A stretch of DNA of 64,000 nucleotides from positions 11,602-75,601 of the forward strand of contig JBAYIR010000002.1 of NCBI GenBank assembly GCA_041665505.1, written 5' to 3'. Positions within the stretch are counted from its first letter, which is position 1; every line of letters begins with the position of its first letter. The translations under genes and the position numbers were made by a program. The notes below the pieces were generated by a model. It made no database searches. It was given only the letters and a program-made list of their open reading frames with translations, and was not told where the DNA came from. The DNA is from Patescibacteria group bacterium. Its GTDB lineage: Bacteria; Patescibacteriota; Patescibacteriia; UBA1558; GWA2-36-10. Below are positions 18,258 to 29,638 of the stretch, in pieces.

Positions 18258-19490
18258 ATGCTTTATGATCTGATAGTTATTGGTGGCGGACCAGCTGGTA
18301 TGATGGCAGCTGGAGTAGCAGCTGAAAAAGGCGCTAGTGTCTTGCTACTGGAAAAAAATGACCGACTAGGCATCAAATTACTCATTACTGGTAAAGGTAG
18401 ATGTAATATCACTAATGCCGATTTTGATAATAAAAAACTAATAGATATTTTCGGCAAAAATGGCCGTTTTTTATTTTCCGCCTTAAACAAATTTGGTAAT
18501 CAAGATATTATTGATTTTTTTAATAGTAGAGGTCTAGCTACTAAAATAGAAAGAGGCAATCGCGTTTTCCCACAAGCTGATTCCTCTCTGGATGTCTTGG
18601 CCGTTTTGAAAAATTATCTAGCTGAAGGCCATGTCAAAATACAAACTAGAGTGCAAATCAAATCTATCGTCAAAAAAAATAATCTAATCAGTAAGATTAT
18701 ATTAGCTGATCAGAGTGAGCTACAAGCCAAAAAATATATTATTGCTACTGGTGGAAAATCATACCCTATGACTGGCTCTAGTGGTGACGGCTACATTTGG
18801 CTCAAAAATTTGGGTCACACTATAGTTACTCCTATGCCAGCGCTAAGCCCTATACTAATCAAAGAAAAATTGGTCAAAGACTTAGAAGGCTTAAGTCTTA
18901 AAAATGTTAGTATTAGTATCTATCAAAATAATAAAAAAATAGACTCCCGTTTTGGTGAAGCACTTTTTACCAATGATGGTATGAGTGGGCCAATAATCAT
19001 AGATATGAGCAAAAATATCGGCTTAGCACTAAAACAAGGAGCTGTCCGACTAGAGATTGATTACAAAGCAAGTTTAGATTTTAAAACTTTGGATAAGCGC
19101 CTACAAAATGATTTTGCCAAGTCCAACAACAAACTATTTAGAAACAGTCTGAGTGACTTATTACCTGCTAAGCTAATTCCCTTAATTATCAGACTCTCGG
19201 CTATAAATCCTGAGAAAAAAGCCAATGCTATCACCAAAGATGAAAGAAAAAAATTAATCCATCTTCTAAAAAATTTTGAATTAAATGTCAAAGCTTTATA
19301 TGGTTTTAATAAAGCTATAGTCACCGCCGGTGGAGTCAGTCTCAAAGAAGTAGATCCTCAAACTATGCAATCTAAAATAATAAAAAACCTCTACCTAGTA
19401 GGCGAGATTTTGGATTTAGATGGACCAACTGGTGGCTACAATCTACAAGCTTGCTGGAGTACAGGATATTTAGCTGGCCAAAGTATCTAA
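18258..19490 (+). CDS. HI0933-family NAD(P)/FAD-dependent oxidoreductase (paralog of 9899..11134)
   Basis: LIVIGGGPAGMMAAG, GKGRCNITN; C-terminal VGEILDLDGPTGGYNLQACWSTG; colinear with the other paralog. Confidence 0.8.
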   Translation: MLYDLIVIGGGPAGMMAAGVAAEKGASVLLLEKNDRLGIKLLITGKGRCNITNADFDNKKLIDIFGKNGRFLFSALNKFGNQDIIDFFNSRGLATKIERGNRVFPQADSSLDVLAVLKNYLAEGHVKIQTRVQIKSIVKKNNLISKIILADQSELQAKKYIIATGGKSYPMTGSSGDGYIWLKNLGHTIVTPMPALSPILIKEKLVKDLEGLSLKNVSISIYQNNKKIDSRFGEALFTNDGMSGPIIIDMSKNIGLALKQGAVRLEIDYKASLDFKTLDKRLQNDFAKSNNKLFRNSLSDLLPAKLIPLIIRLSAINPEKKANAITKDERKKLIHLLKNFELNVKALYGFNKAIVTAGGVSLKEVDPQTMQSKIIKNLYLVGEILDLDGPTGGYNLQACWSTGYLAGQSI

Positions 19491-19492
19491 AA

Positions 19493-21181
19493 TTATTCTA
19501 AAATTTTTAATACTCCTCTATCAAAGGTGAGAATACCTAGCTCACCTTGTTTTATTTTGTCCCTTGTTTCTGGCTCTGGAATTAGACGAATAATATTGGC
19601 TTTATAATTTTGATAATTATAATTCCACAGTTCCCAATAGACATTGTTCATGTTAATAGAAGTAATGCCAGTCACTACAAAACTGCCATCAACACTTTCA
19701 CCAAACCAACCATGGTCATCTTGTCGCCATTTAAGCAGCTGATTATTTTGATTATTTTTATTTACTTCTACATAAGCCAAAGTCGTTAAAATATTAGGAT
19801 GATTGTTGGGATAATAAATTTCTAAAGCTTGATTTAAATTGTTTCTAAATACTTCTGCCCCCATGAAATTATCTGGCAAAGCCACGGTCAAAAAACTTTG
19901 GCCATTTTTGGTGTTTAAATCTTTATAACTGGTGACAATCTGCTGACTCAAGCTGCTAGCTTCATTCCAAATACTTAATTTATAAATATTAATACCTAAA
20001 GACAAAATAATAAAAATACCCAAAAGCGCCATACTAAATTTAAAATTTATTTTAAAATCTTTAAGCGCTATTATCAACCAAATCACAAAAAAAGAAGTAG
20101 CTAAATACAAATATCTTTCTCCCCCAAAACTGCTATGGTGTAAGCCCGTTACTAAAACTGGCGCTAATATAAACAATAAAGCTATCAAACTAGTGGCTTG
20201 TAATGTTTTTTTCTTTAACAAAGTCATGAGAAAATAAAGTGCCAAAATTGCCAAAACCACAATCACTACTGATTCTTTGTAATGATAAATCGCTTTATAA
20301 ATTATGGTCCTTAAAAAGCCAAAAGACACAAAATCTCCACCAAAAGCTGCCAAATTAGCTGTCCAATCCAAATAAGAAAAACCGAGTTTGGTGCTGGCAT
20401 AATAGCCAAAAACCAAACCAATAGAAAGATATCTCAAAAGCAGAAATAAAGCCAAAATAGCAAAATAAATTAATACATAAGGCCTATTATTTTTATTTTT
20501 TCCTAAACTAGAATAAAAATACATTTCCCAAATCATTATTACTAAAGGCAGAGATATAGCTATTTCTTTGGTCAACAAGGCCAAAATAAAAAACAAGACA
20601 GAATAAATTAATTTTGACCAAGCTTTATTTTGTCTGAAGGTCGAAGACCTTGAGCGAAGTCGAAAGGAAAAATAGCTAACTAAAGATAATAAATAAAAAA
20701 ATGTAGCCCAGAGATGTGGCCAAGCAGCTAGCCAAGAAATTACTTCCACGTGAATGGGATAAAGTAAAAACAAAATCCCGGCTAAGAGAGCTAATTTTTT
20801 AAAATTTTTAAACCCGACTAGTTCAAATATTTTTTGAGCTAAGACATAAAGCAAAAATCCATTGCTAGCGTGTAATACTATACTCAGCAAATGGTAGCCA
20901 AAATAATTGGTATTAAATAAGCTATAGAAAAACTTAAATATTAACACCAAAAAAGGATTGTATGAACCACCGTCATGAGTGCCTAGATAATTGGTCAAAA
21001 ATGTTTGCCAGCTAATCTGACTATCTCTAGCTATAACTAGCCAATGGAAATCATCTGAAGCAAAAAAATTATTTAATATTTGACCAAAAACCAAAATAGC
21101 CACAAACAAAAAAATCAACCATATAGAAAAATCTTCCAGCTGGTGATTTTTTTTAAAAAAATTCATATTGAAGGGAGGCAA
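19493..21181 (-). CDS. Large polytopic membrane protein, possible GT-C-fold glycosyltransferase (PMT/ArnT/YfhO-like); family uncertain
   Basis: 562 aa, more than 10 TM segments in the N-terminal two thirds, with a soluble C-terminal domain. Confidence 0.35.
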   Translation of the reverse strand: MPPFNMNFFKKNHQLEDFSIWLIFLFVAILVFGQILNNFFASDDFHWLVIARDSQISWQTFLTNYLGTHDGGSYNPFLVLIFKFFYSLFNTNYFGYHLLSIVLHASNGFLLYVLAQKIFELVGFKNFKKLALLAGILFLLYPIHVEVISWLAAWPHLWATFFYLLSLVSYFSFRLRSRSSTFRQNKAWSKLIYSVLFFILALLTKEIAISLPLVIMIWEMYFYSSLGKNKNNRPYVLIYFAILALFLLLRYLSIGLVFGYYASTKLGFSYLDWTANLAAFGGDFVSFGFLRTIIYKAIYHYKESVVIVVLAILALYFLMTLLKKKTLQATSLIALLFILAPVLVTGLHHSSFGGERYLYLATSFFVIWLIIALKDFKINFKFSMALLGIFIILSLGINIYKLSIWNEASSLSQQIVTSYKDLNTKNGQSFLTVALPDNFMGAEVFRNNLNQALEIYYPNNHPNILTTLAYVEVNKNNQNNQLLKWRQDDHGWFGESVDGSFVVTGITSINMNNVYWELWNYNYQNYKANIIRLIPEPETRDKIKQGELGILTFDRGVLKILE

Positions 21182-21184
21182 ATA

Positions 21185-21691
21185 TTAAAAAGATATTTTT
21201 AGCATCGATAAAGTAACAATAATTTGAAAAGGCACTCCATAAACTATGGAATACTGCCAATCAAAAAGATTATGCAACTTACCGTGATAAATTATATACC
21301 AATAAAATTTGGTCAGCTTGAAGTGTTCTATGACTATCCAAGCGACATCAGGCAACCAAGTACCAAAGACTGCTGAATAAAGTACATAAGGGTTTACCAC
21401 TGGACCATTCTGAACAAAAAAATATATCAATAAGACAGCCAATACGACATCAACAAAGGCTACTTTCATTCGATATATAAATTTTTCCTTCTTATCTTCT
21501 ATATGATCATCTAACTTTTCATCGCCATGAGGAATCATATCAAATACAAAATGAGACACTACCCCCAATATAAAAGCCAAAACTGGATCAGTGATTTTGG
21601 TACTAATCCACAAGGCGGCTGATGTGTGTGCTGTTATAAACATATACTCTATAATATCATAAAAAGATGGGAAATAAAATAGCCCTTTCAA
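21185..21691 (-). CDS. Hypothetical membrane protein (His-rich; possibly a metal-dependent membrane hydrolase-like protein)
   Basis: 168 aa, 4 TM; HFVFDMIPHGDE motif. Confidence 0.35.
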   Translation of the reverse strand: MKGLFYFPSFYDIIEYMFITAHTSAALWISTKITDPVLAFILGVVSHFVFDMIPHGDEKLDDHIEDKKEKFIYRMKVAFVDVVLAVLLIYFFVQNGPVVNPYVLYSAVFGTWLPDVAWIVIEHFKLTKFYWYIIYHGKLHNLFDWQYSIVYGVPFQIIVTLSMLKISF

Positions 21692-21713
21692 GTGAAAGGG
21701 CTATAATAAATCT

Positions 21714-23135
21714 TTAATAATCCCTTAATTTTCTCATATCTTCGTGTTTTTTGATGCGCTCCAAAGCTTTAGCTTCAATTTGTCTAATACGCTCACGGGT
21801 CACTCCAAATTCTTGTCCTACTTCTTCCAAAGTGTGAGCTACACCATCACTTAGACCAAATCTCATTTCCAATATTTTTTGTTCACGTGGGGTCAAATCA
21901 CCAATTATCTTACGCACATGGTCTCCCAAAAGTTTTAAAGCAGCTACCCTATCTGGACCAATATTTTTCTCATCTTCAATAAAATCTCCTAAGGTGCTAT
22001 CTTCATCGTCATCACCGACTGAGGCTTCTAGCGATACTGTCTCTTGGGAAATTTTTATAATCTGTCTAATCTTATCAATATCTTCACCCATCTCAGCGGC
22101 AATTTCTTCTGGCAATGGATCACGACCAAGCTCTTGAACCAAACGACGCTCAATCTGATTGAAACGATTGATAGTCTCTACCATATGAACTGGAATACGA
22201 ATGGTTCTAGATTGATCAGCCAAAGCCCGAGTAATAGCCTGACGAATCCACCAAGTAGCATAAGTAGAAAACTTGTAACCTTTGCGATAATCAAATTTCT
22301 CTACGGCTCGAAACAAACCAATATTTCCTTCTTGAATAAGATCTAGTAAAGTCAAAGAGCGACCAGTAAATTTTTTGGCAATAGACACTACCAAACGAAG
22401 GTTGGCTTCGATTAATTTTTTCTTGGCTTCCAACTCTCCTTTTTCTTTACGCTTGGCCAAGGCCATTTCTTCTTCCGAATTGAGTAGCGACACTTTACCA
22501 ATTTCTCGCAAATACATTTGTATAGAGTCAGCGGCAATATCAGTCAAGTCACCTCTTTTGGTATCACTACCTACTCCAGATTTTGATAGTAAGGCTGAGT
22601 TATCTGTGGCCATATCCAAAATATTGCCTTCTGTCACCACCACTTGAATAGCTAAATCTTCCAATTTATCTAGCAACTCTTCTAATTGAGGAACATAATC
22701 TTCTAAATTATTAAAAACACGCAAGACCTCATTTTCGGTAATAAAACTACGAGAATGAGCCTTCTTAATCAAAAGCGCCACCGCTGCTTCATCTAATTTA
22801 GATTTAGCGGCTTTGATTTTGGCTGGATTTTTTTCTCGCAAACGGGACCCCGCTACGCGTGGGTTAACTACTGACTTTTCACCTACTAGCTTCTTGCTAT
22901 GGTGAACTACTTTGACAGCCTTTTTGGCTGGATTTTTTTTCAGTGTTGTTTTGGTGCCAGTGACCTTCTTAGAAGGATGGACTGATTTTGAAACAACAGC
23001 TTTACGTACCTTACTAGGTTTGTTGGCACTAGCTTTTTGACTAGTGTTTTTTTCCCGCGCACGGGATCCCGCTACGCGTGGATTGACTAGCTTAGTGCTA
23101 ATCTTTTTTTTAGTTGTAGTTTTTTTGACAGGCAT
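21714..23135 (-). CDS. rpoD: RNA polymerase sigma-70 factor RpoD with a lysine-rich N-terminal extension
   Basis: Regions 2-4 are conserved ([13 protein letters not shown]; C-terminal [23 protein letters not shown]); lies immediately downstream of dnaG. Confidence 0.9.
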   Translation of the reverse strand: MPVKKTTTKKKISTKLVNPRVAGSRAREKNTSQKASANKPSKVRKAVVSKSVHPSKKVTGTKTTLKKNPAKKAVKVVHHSKKLVGEKSVVNPRVAGSRLREKNPAKIKAAKSKLDEAAVALLIKKAHSRSFITENEVLRVFNNLEDYVPQLEELLDKLEDLAIQVVVTEGNILDMATDNSALLSKSGVGSDTKRGDLTDIAADSIQMYLREIGKVSLLNSEEEMALAKRKEKGELEAKKKLIEANLRLVVSIAKKFTGRSLTLLDLIQEGNIGLFRAVEKFDYRKGYKFSTYATWWIRQAITRALADQSRTIRIPVHMVETINRFNQIERRLVQELGRDPLPEEIAAEMGEDIDKIRQIIKISQETVSLEASVGDDDEDSTLGDFIEDEKNIGPDRVAALKLLGDHVRKIIGDLTPREQKILEMRFGLSDGVAHTLEEVGQEFGVTRERIRQIEAKALERIKKHEDMRKLRDY

Positions 23136-23137
23136 GT

Positions 23138-24928
23138 TTAGCTCTGTAATTTAAAAGCCTCTTTATTAATTAAATTTATTTTGTGAGATAACTCGTCTTG
23201 TTTTTGATGGTCATCAGACATTTCAGCTTGCCTTAGCTTATCTATCAAGTCTTGTCTTTGCAGATCTAATGACGCTTTTTTGAGCCTAAAAATCAAATTT
23301 TGGAAGTCACTGGCAATATCTATTTCTTTGGCTTCATGATAATCCTTTTCTCCAAACATAGATAGCCTAATCCATGTTTCCTTTTCTTCTAGGCTCAATT
23401 GCTCAAAATCACCAAATTTTTCCAAATTCTGATGCTTAGTATAATAAATAATCACTTTTTTGTAAAGGTCTTGAAGACCTTCCACTATCATGTCTGGATC
23501 AAGCTCTGAAATCAGTTTGTCTAAATATTGATTTTTATAAAAAGCAATAGTCAGTATCATTTCTGATAAAAGAGTAGCTGAATCTTTTTTATCTTGAACT
23601 ATTTTCTGAACAGCGATGTCTTGTTTTTCTAGAAAAGAGGTTGTCCCTTCTAAATCTTTTTTTAATATCTCAAAAGGTACTTGTAATTTATCAGACAATA
23701 TCTTCAAATAATGTACTTGTTCTATTTCTGTTTTTAAATATTTGATAATTGGTAATAATTTTTGAACGGCAATTTTTTTGTGATCCGCTCTATTTATATC
23801 GATAGCCTGAAATATTCTTTTAAAATAATAATCCATCACTGGTATAGAATCTTTGATAAATTGTAGCCACTGATCTGGATTATCTTTGATGATATCAGCT
23901 GGGTCTTTGCCTTTGGGTAAAACCAATATTTTGACATTCATGTCTTCTTGCCAACATAAGGCAATAGATCTAAAAGAAGCACGAGAGCCAGCGGCATCAC
24001 CATCAAAAGCTAATATCATATTATTGGCGTAGCGCTTGATTAGTTTGATATGCTCAATAGTCAAAGCTGTACCTGACACTGCTATAGTATTTTTGGCGCT
24101 AGTCTGATGGGCAGAAATAACATCCATATTGCCTTCTACTACAATCAAATATTTCTTTTTGCGCATTAGCTCTTTAGCTAAGTGCCAACCGTATAATATC
24201 TTACTCTTATCATAAATCAAAGTCTGTGGACTATTTATATATTTGCCACCTTGTTCTTCTTCATCATAGACAATACCCGCTAAAGAGCGCGAAGTAAAAG
24301 CTACTACTCTACCCTGAGTATCAGAAATAGGAAACATCAAACGTTTTCTAAAACGATCCACATAGCCACTACCATCTTTTTTCTTGACTGTTAAGCCCGC
24401 TTTAAAAATATCTTCTTGGCTATATTTAGCATCAACTAAATATTTAAACAAACTATCCCAAGACTCAGGTGAGAGCCCTAATTGCCAATTACTAATACTA
24501 TCGGCTTTGATTTGACGCTTGTCTAGATAGGCCAAAGTCTTTTGGCTAGCTGGGCTATTTTCTTCTAAAATAGTATGAAAAAATTCAGCCGCCGCTTTGT
24601 TGATAGCATATAATTTGCTATTGTCTTCTTTTTTGGAACTGCTAAAACCAGTTAAAACTACATTGGCTTTTTCCGCTAAAATACGAATAGCTTCTTTAAA
24701 TTCTATGCCTTCATATTGTTCAACAAAACTAATCAAATCACCGCCCTTATCACAGCCAAAACAATGCCAAATCTGCTTTTCACGAGAAACCATAAAACTA
24801 GGCGTTTTTTCATTATGAAATGGGCAAACAGCCTTAAAATTACCACTAGATTGTTGGAGGTTTATATAAGAAGATACTATATCCACAATATCAAGCCTAT
24901 TTTTTATTTCTTCCACTGGGTTCATCAT
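23138..24928 (-). CDS. dnaG: DNA primase DnaG
   Basis: CHC2 zinc finger ([11 protein letters not shown]...HCFGC) and TOPRIM ([16 protein letters not shown]). Confidence 0.9.
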   Translation of the reverse strand: MMNPVEEIKNRLDIVDIVSSYINLQQSSGNFKAVCPFHNEKTPSFMVSREKQIWHCFGCDKGGDLISFVEQYEGIEFKEAIRILAEKANVVLTGFSSSKKEDNSKLYAINKAAAEFFHTILEENSPASQKTLAYLDKRQIKADSISNWQLGLSPESWDSLFKYLVDAKYSQEDIFKAGLTVKKKDGSGYVDRFRKRLMFPISDTQGRVVAFTSRSLAGIVYDEEEQGGKYINSPQTLIYDKSKILYGWHLAKELMRKKKYLIVVEGNMDVISAHQTSAKNTIAVSGTALTIEHIKLIKRYANNMILAFDGDAAGSRASFRSIALCWQEDMNVKILVLPKGKDPADIIKDNPDQWLQFIKDSIPVMDYYFKRIFQAIDINRADHKKIAVQKLLPIIKYLKTEIEQVHYLKILSDKLQVPFEILKKDLEGTTSFLEKQDIAVQKIVQDKKDSATLLSEMILTIAFYKNQYLDKLISELDPDMIVEGLQDLYKKVIIYYTKHQNLEKFGDFEQLSLEEKETWIRLSMFGEKDYHEAKEIDIASDFQNLIFRLKKASLDLQRQDLIDKLRQAEMSDDHQKQDELSHKINLINKEAFKLQS

Positions 24929-24955
24929 GTACTTATATTAGGTCAAATCCTCTTA

Positions 24956-25411
24956 TTAGTCAAAAGACTGCTCCAGGCTCAGCAGGGTGGCTTTTTTAGC
25001 TAATCCACCAGCATAACCAACTAGCTGTCCACTGCCTCCTAGCACTCTATGGCAAGGGATAATAATAGGAATCTTATTCTGGTTGACTGCCCCGCCTACT
25101 GCTCGAGCGGCTTTAGCATTACCAGTCATAGCCGCCAAATCACCATAAGATATAATACTAGCGTAAGGAATTTTTGACAGATTCAATAGAACTTTTTGCT
25201 GCCAAATAGTGCCAGATAATTTAACAGGCACCTCAAAAACCCGACGCTGGCCATTGAAATATTCTTTTAGCTCAATAACACACTGTTTAGTCAGTGTGTT
25301 ATCTTTGGATTTCTTAATATTTTTGACAAAATTGATAGCCAAGATATCTCGCTCATCAGCTACAATTTCTAAAATACCAAGAGGTGAATTGTAGTAAGAA
25401 AAATGTAACAT
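24956..25411 (-). CDS. ogt: Methylated-DNA-protein-cysteine methyltransferase (Ogt/MGMT)
   Basis: Active-site PCHRV motif and the C-terminal helix-turn-wing region. Confidence 0.8.
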   Translation of the reverse strand: MLHFSYYNSPLGILEIVADERDILAINFVKNIKKSKDNTLTKQCVIELKEYFNGQRRVFEVPVKLSGTIWQQKVLLNLSKIPYASIISYGDLAAMTGNAKAARAVGGAVNQNKIPIIIPCHRVLGGSGQLVGYAGGLAKKATLLSLEQSFD

Positions 25412-25413
25412 TA

Positions 25414-26361
25414 TTATAATCTGACTGGAGCTGGCTCTAACTTACTATCAATAGTTGATAAAACCTTTCGGCTGAAACATTCATAGCCAGCATCATGAAG
25501 GATTAGATCTGAGCCATAGTAAGCATAAGAATTATTATCCTTATTATCTAAATTTGAGTTTAAAAAATCTGTACAAATCTTGTATTCATCAGCTGCTATT
25601 ATTGTATATTCATAAACCTTACCAGTGGAAGGATTATTGATGTTATCCATAGTTATCATTCTTTTTTCTGTGTCGCTAGCTAAAATTTGGATATTTTCTG
25701 GTAGAGAATTATTTAAAGTATAATAATCACGGATAGCCCAATGGATTTGATTCAAATCATTAGTTATTTCACTATCAATTTTTATCTTTCTAGTTTCTTG
25801 AGGGGAGTCAACATTAAACCAAGAGAATATAAATACCACCACTACTACTACCAAAGAAATCCAAGCATATAAACTAATTACTTTATCTTTTTTAGCTTGG
25901 ACTTCCTCTCTTCTAATATCATAAAAATAAAAAGAAAAAACTGTTCCAGAAATTATCAAAGCGGTAAGAGTTTTTAAAATAAATTTGGTAGTTAAATCGC
26001 CATCTAAGAAACTATTAATAGTAGCTATTAAAAATCCAATCATCACTACTACTGAAATCAACATGATGAAATAGGTCAACCATTTGCGGACTCCAGCATC
26101 TTTATCCAAATTACCAGCAAATAAATTTTTGTAAATTTGACGAGAAGTGAAATAATAAATTGGAGCAGCTACAATAATAGCAGAAATGGCAAATTTCATA
26201 GCTCCGTCATTATAACTAGCCGCATAGTTATTTATAATATCTATTATTTCCTTATTGATGATTTGAAAAACTATTATGCCAACTGAAATTGACATAAAAA
26301 CTAAAGCCACTAGTGATAGCAAATAAAGAAATGCATATTTAGCGGCATCGTGTTTAACCAT
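25414..26361 (-). CDS. Hypothetical membrane protein (N-terminal 4-TM domain, C-terminal extracytoplasmic domain)
   Basis: 315 aa; hydrophobicity pattern only. Confidence 0.4.
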   Translation of the reverse strand: MVKHDAAKYAFLYLLSLVALVFMSISVGIIVFQIINKEIIDIINNYAASYNDGAMKFAISAIIVAAPIYYFTSRQIYKNLFAGNLDKDAGVRKWLTYFIMLISVVVMIGFLIATINSFLDGDLTTKFILKTLTALIISGTVFSFYFYDIRREEVQAKKDKVISLYAWISLVVVVVVFIFSWFNVDSPQETRKIKIDSEITNDLNQIHWAIRDYYTLNNSLPENIQILASDTEKRMITMDNINNPSTGKVYEYTIIAADEYKICTDFLNSNLDNKDNNSYAYYGSDLILHDAGYECFSRKVLSTIDSKLEPAPVRL

Positions 26362-26436
26362 AAATTTATAAATTATTTTTATTAAATATCTACTCTTAGT
26401 ATATTATATCCCCTCTAAACTAGCAAATCTGCTAAT

Positions 26437-26706
26437 TTAACCATTAACTTTTTTTGATTTAAATAATCTGACAAAATGAGCAACAGCTGAAATAGTAAAT
26501 ACTACCTGCAAAACAACAAAAATCCACTCTTTAATATGATAACTATAAACAAATAAGGCTATGCCGCCTAAAATGTAAAGTAAATCTTCAATATATTTCT
26601 TTTGCCAAAATACTCCCACAGAGATAATCGTTAAGCCTAAAATACCAACAAATTTATAAATATCCATACTTTTATTATTAAATAATATTATTAGCAAATT
26701 TACCAA
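26437..26706 (-). CDS. Small hypothetical membrane protein (start uncertain)
   Basis: 89 aa, 2-3 TM; overlaps the upstream VIT gene's 3' end by 29 nt. Confidence 0.3.
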   Translation of the reverse strand: MVNLLIILFNNKSMDIYKFVGILGLTIISVGVFWQKKYIEDLLYILGGIALFVYSYHIKEWIFVVLQVVFTISAVAHFVRLFKSKKVNG

Positions 26707-27415
26707 TTAAATAACCAGCTAAAAGAGCAATCCCTCCTAAAATAAATACCCTTAATCCCATTTTTTGCCAAGAACCCTTGGTATATCTAGTGGTAGCTGC
26801 TCCCAAAACAAATAGACCTAATAAGGTGATAACTGTTGAAATCTTAATAGCGACATTTATTGGCAGTATAAAATAAGCAAACAATGGAATAAGACCTCCT
26901 ACAATGTAAGCAAAAAACATAAAAATACCATTATGCCAGAGATGATGTTTGACATTAGGAGAAATATTGAGCTCATGGTGAGCCATTTCATGAAGCATCA
27001 GCTTTTTATCTTTAGAGGCTGCTTCAGCCATTTTAACAGCTAAATCTTTGGGCCAACCGTCACGAATATAAATACCAACTAACTCTTGTTTTTCTTCGTG
27101 CGGAAAATCATTTATCTCTTGCTTTTCTTCATAGAGCTTGCGTTTTAAAATATCCGACTCTGACAAATTGGAAATATAAGAACCAATGCCCATAGAAATT
27201 GATTCAACGGAAATAATAACCATACCAGCCAAAACTACTGTAAAATGATCTTGGCTACCAACTGCAATACCAGTCACTGCTCCCAGAGTAGAAACCATAC
27301 CATCCTCTATACCAAAAACTATTTCCCTAATAGAAGAAGCTATTTTGGAATTTTGATGATGAATATAATCTGGATTATATCTATGATGCATAAAAATTAA
27401 GTACCCATACTCCAA
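26678..27415 (-). CDS. VIT1/CCC1-family (vacuolar iron transporter-like) membrane protein
   Basis: N-terminal [25 protein letters not shown] is a VIT-family hallmark; 5 TM in the C-terminal half. Confidence 0.7.
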   Translation of the reverse strand: MEYGYLIFMHHRYNPDYIHHQNSKIASSIREIVFGIEDGMVSTLGAVTGIAVGSQDHFTVVLAGMVIISVESISMGIGSYISNLSESDILKRKLYEEKQEINDFPHEEKQELVGIYIRDGWPKDLAVKMAEAASKDKKLMLHEMAHHELNISPNVKHHLWHNGIFMFFAYIVGGLIPLFAYFILPINVAIKISTVITLLGLFVLGAATTRYTKGSWQKMGLRVFILGGIALLAGYLIGKFANNII

Positions 27416-28653
27416 GAAGAAAGATATTTCTTCTGCTCGGCTGTTAAGGTATCAATATTTATATTCATGGCTTTAAGTTTCAACTGAGCCACATATTCTT
27501 CAATATTTTTTGGTACATAATAAACTTTATTTTCTAGTTGTTTATGATTTTTTACTACATACTCACTAGCTAAAGCTTGGGTAGAAAAACTCATATCCAT
27601 GACACTAGCTGGATGACCTTCAGCAGCTGCTAAATTTATCAGTCGTCCATCGGCTAAGACAAAAATTCTTTTTTTACCAACAGTATATTCATCAACAAAA
27701 TTACGAACACCTTTTCTGACTTTAGTGGCCATTTTTTTGAGGCCGGCTACATCAATTTCTACATCAAAATGACCAGAGTTACAGACCATAGCGCCATCTT
27801 TCATTAGTTTAAAATGTTCAGCCCTAATCACATGTAGATCTCCAGTCAAAGTACAAAATAAATCACCAATTTTAGCGGCCTCTTTCATTGGCATCACATC
27901 AAAACCATCCATAGCAGCTTCTAGTGCTTTGATTTTATCCACTTCGGTCACAATGACTTTAGCTCCCATGCCACGAGCACGCATAGCAAACCCCCGACCA
28001 CACCAACCATAGCCAGCTGATACTATGTATTTACCGGCTATGAGCATATCAGTAGCTCTGATAATACCATCAACTGTAGATTGCCCAGTGCCATAACGAT
28101 TATCAAACATATTTTTGGTTTGAGCATCATTGACGGCAATGACTGGTAATTGTAATTTACCATCGGCCTCCATGGCTTTGAGACGAATAACACCAGTAGT
28201 AGTTTCTTCCATCGAGCCCATGACCTTTGGTGCCCAAGATTTATATTTGTTGTGAAGAAGTGATATAAGGTCTGCTCCATCATCCATAGTAATGACTGGT
28301 CGGCGAGACAAAGCGGCATTTAAATGCTGATAATAGGTATCTTTATTTTCCCCGCGGATAGCCATGACTGGTATATTATAATATTTGACTAGCGCTGCCG
28401 CCACATCATCTTGAGTAGAGAGTGGATTAGAAGCTACTAGCAATATATCAGCCCCACCAGCTTTGAGGGCTCTGACCAAATTGGCTGTTTCGGCTGTGAC
28501 ATGTAGACAGGCTGACATCTTAAGTCCTTTAAATGGCTGCCCCTTGGCAAACTTATCTCGGACATTTCTAAGAACTGGCATATCATTGTCTGCCCACTCT
28601 ATTCTTTTTTTACCCTCTTCAGCTAATTTTAAACTTTTAACATGGTGTGTCAT
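27397..28653 (-). CDS. ahcY: Adenosylhomocysteinase
   Basis: [37 protein letters not shown]-binding region; the overall 418-aa SahH architecture. Confidence 0.9.
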   Translation of the reverse strand: MTHHVKSLKLAEEGKKRIEWADNDMPVLRNVRDKFAKGQPFKGLKMSACLHVTAETANLVRALKAGGADILLVASNPLSTQDDVAAALVKYYNIPVMAIRGENKDTYYQHLNAALSRRPVITMDDGADLISLLHNKYKSWAPKVMGSMEETTTGVIRLKAMEADGKLQLPVIAVNDAQTKNMFDNRYGTGQSTVDGIIRATDMLIAGKYIVSAGYGWCGRGFAMRARGMGAKVIVTEVDKIKALEAAMDGFDVMPMKEAAKIGDLFCTLTGDLHVIRAEHFKLMKDGAMVCNSGHFDVEIDVAGLKKMATKVRKGVRNFVDEYTVGKKRIFVLADGRLINLAAAEGHPASVMDMSFSTQALASEYVVKNHKQLENKVYYVPKNIEEYVAQLKLKAMNINIDTLTAEQKKYLSSWSMGT

Positions 28654-28658
28654 AATTG

Positions 28659-29624
28659 TTATTTATAATTTTGTTTATATCTATTAATAAATTCTTTTAA
28701 AGTAAATTTGTGTGCTTGGGTACCTTGATGTTCCACTGCATAAGCCGCAATAGTACTAGCTAGCTGAGCTGACTTTTCTAAACTAGCTCCTGAGACTAGT
28801 CCTTTTATCAGTCCAGCCCGATAAGCATCGCCAGCCCCTGTGGGATCTATCACTTTTTTGACCTTAGTAGCTTTAATATCTATCCGCCCGTCTTTAGAAT
28901 GTATCTCTGAACCATCAGCTCCTTTGGTAATTACCAAAATGTCTACTAATTTTTCCAATTTATCATGCCCTAGATTTAATTTATCTAAAATTAATTTTAT
29001 CTCATAGTCATTACCAATCAGTATTTTAGAGCCTTTTATCACTTGTCGCAACTCAGAGGCGGTAAAAGAAGTAATCTGCTGACCTGGATCAAAAATATAA
29101 TCTAAACCCATTTCTTTATACAGCCTGATATAGGCTATCATCCGTGGTTTAAAATCAGGTGAAACAATAGCTAGAGCTGGATTTTTTATTTTTCTGACTA
29201 ATGAGCAATATTCAACATCCATTGGTCCTGGATAAAAGCCAGATATTTGATTATCTGCTTTATCAGTCATGATATAAGCTGAAGCAGTGGCTTCTTTTTT
29301 GGATTGTTTGACCAAAGAAAAATCAATTTTATTTTTCTTAAGCCACTGACCATAGCGAGTAAAATCATGTCCAACCAAACCAAGTAAAACTGCCGGCTCT
29401 TTGAGCAAAGCTAGATTATAAGCAATATTTCCAGCCGTGCCACCAAAACTTTCATCAGTTCTTTCTAAAGTAAAACTGACATTTAAAATATGAGTTTGAT
29501 CTGGCAAAATATGATCTGAAAACAAACCAGGAAAATCCATGATTCGGTCATAGACAATAGAGCCAGAAACTAATATTTTTTTATCCCGCGGACGGGATCC
29601 CGCTTTATGGTGATTATTTGTCAT
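28659..29624 (-). CDS. PfkB-family carbohydrate/nucleoside kinase (possibly adenosine kinase, given the ahcY neighbour)
   Basis: C-terminal [17 protein letters not shown] (the GAGD anion-hole motif of the ribokinase family); the N-terminus carries the in-frame GC-rich AGSRPRDKK element. Confidence 0.7.
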   Translation of the reverse strand: MTNNHHKAGSRPRDKKILVSGSIVYDRIMDFPGLFSDHILPDQTHILNVSFTLERTDESFGGTAGNIAYNLALLKEPAVLLGLVGHDFTRYGQWLKKNKIDFSLVKQSKKEATASAYIMTDKADNQISGFYPGPMDVEYCSLVRKIKNPALAIVSPDFKPRMIAYIRLYKEMGLDYIFDPGQQITSFTASELRQVIKGSKILIGNDYEIKLILDKLNLGHDKLEKLVDILVITKGADGSEIHSKDGRIDIKATKVKKVIDPTGAGDAYRAGLIKGLVSGASLEKSAQLASTIAAYAVEHQGTQAHKFTLKEFINRYKQNYK

Positions 29625-29638
29625 AAAAATAATCTATA

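Noticed and set aside
20630-20655. AAGGTC-GAA-GACCTT palindrome inside the GT-C membrane gene, and a similar AAGGTCTT-G-AAGACCTT at 23448-23464 in dnaG
   Set aside because: Short 6-8-bp inverted repeats occur by chance at this frequency in 64 kb. The sequences differ from the CGGGATCCCG element and encode unrelated peptides.
24597-25003. Plus-strand ORFs 24597..24818 and 24716..25003 overlapping the dnaG 5' end and the ogt gap
   Set aside because: They are antisense to dnaG with unremarkable composition. dnaG/ogt already account for the region with canonical motifs.
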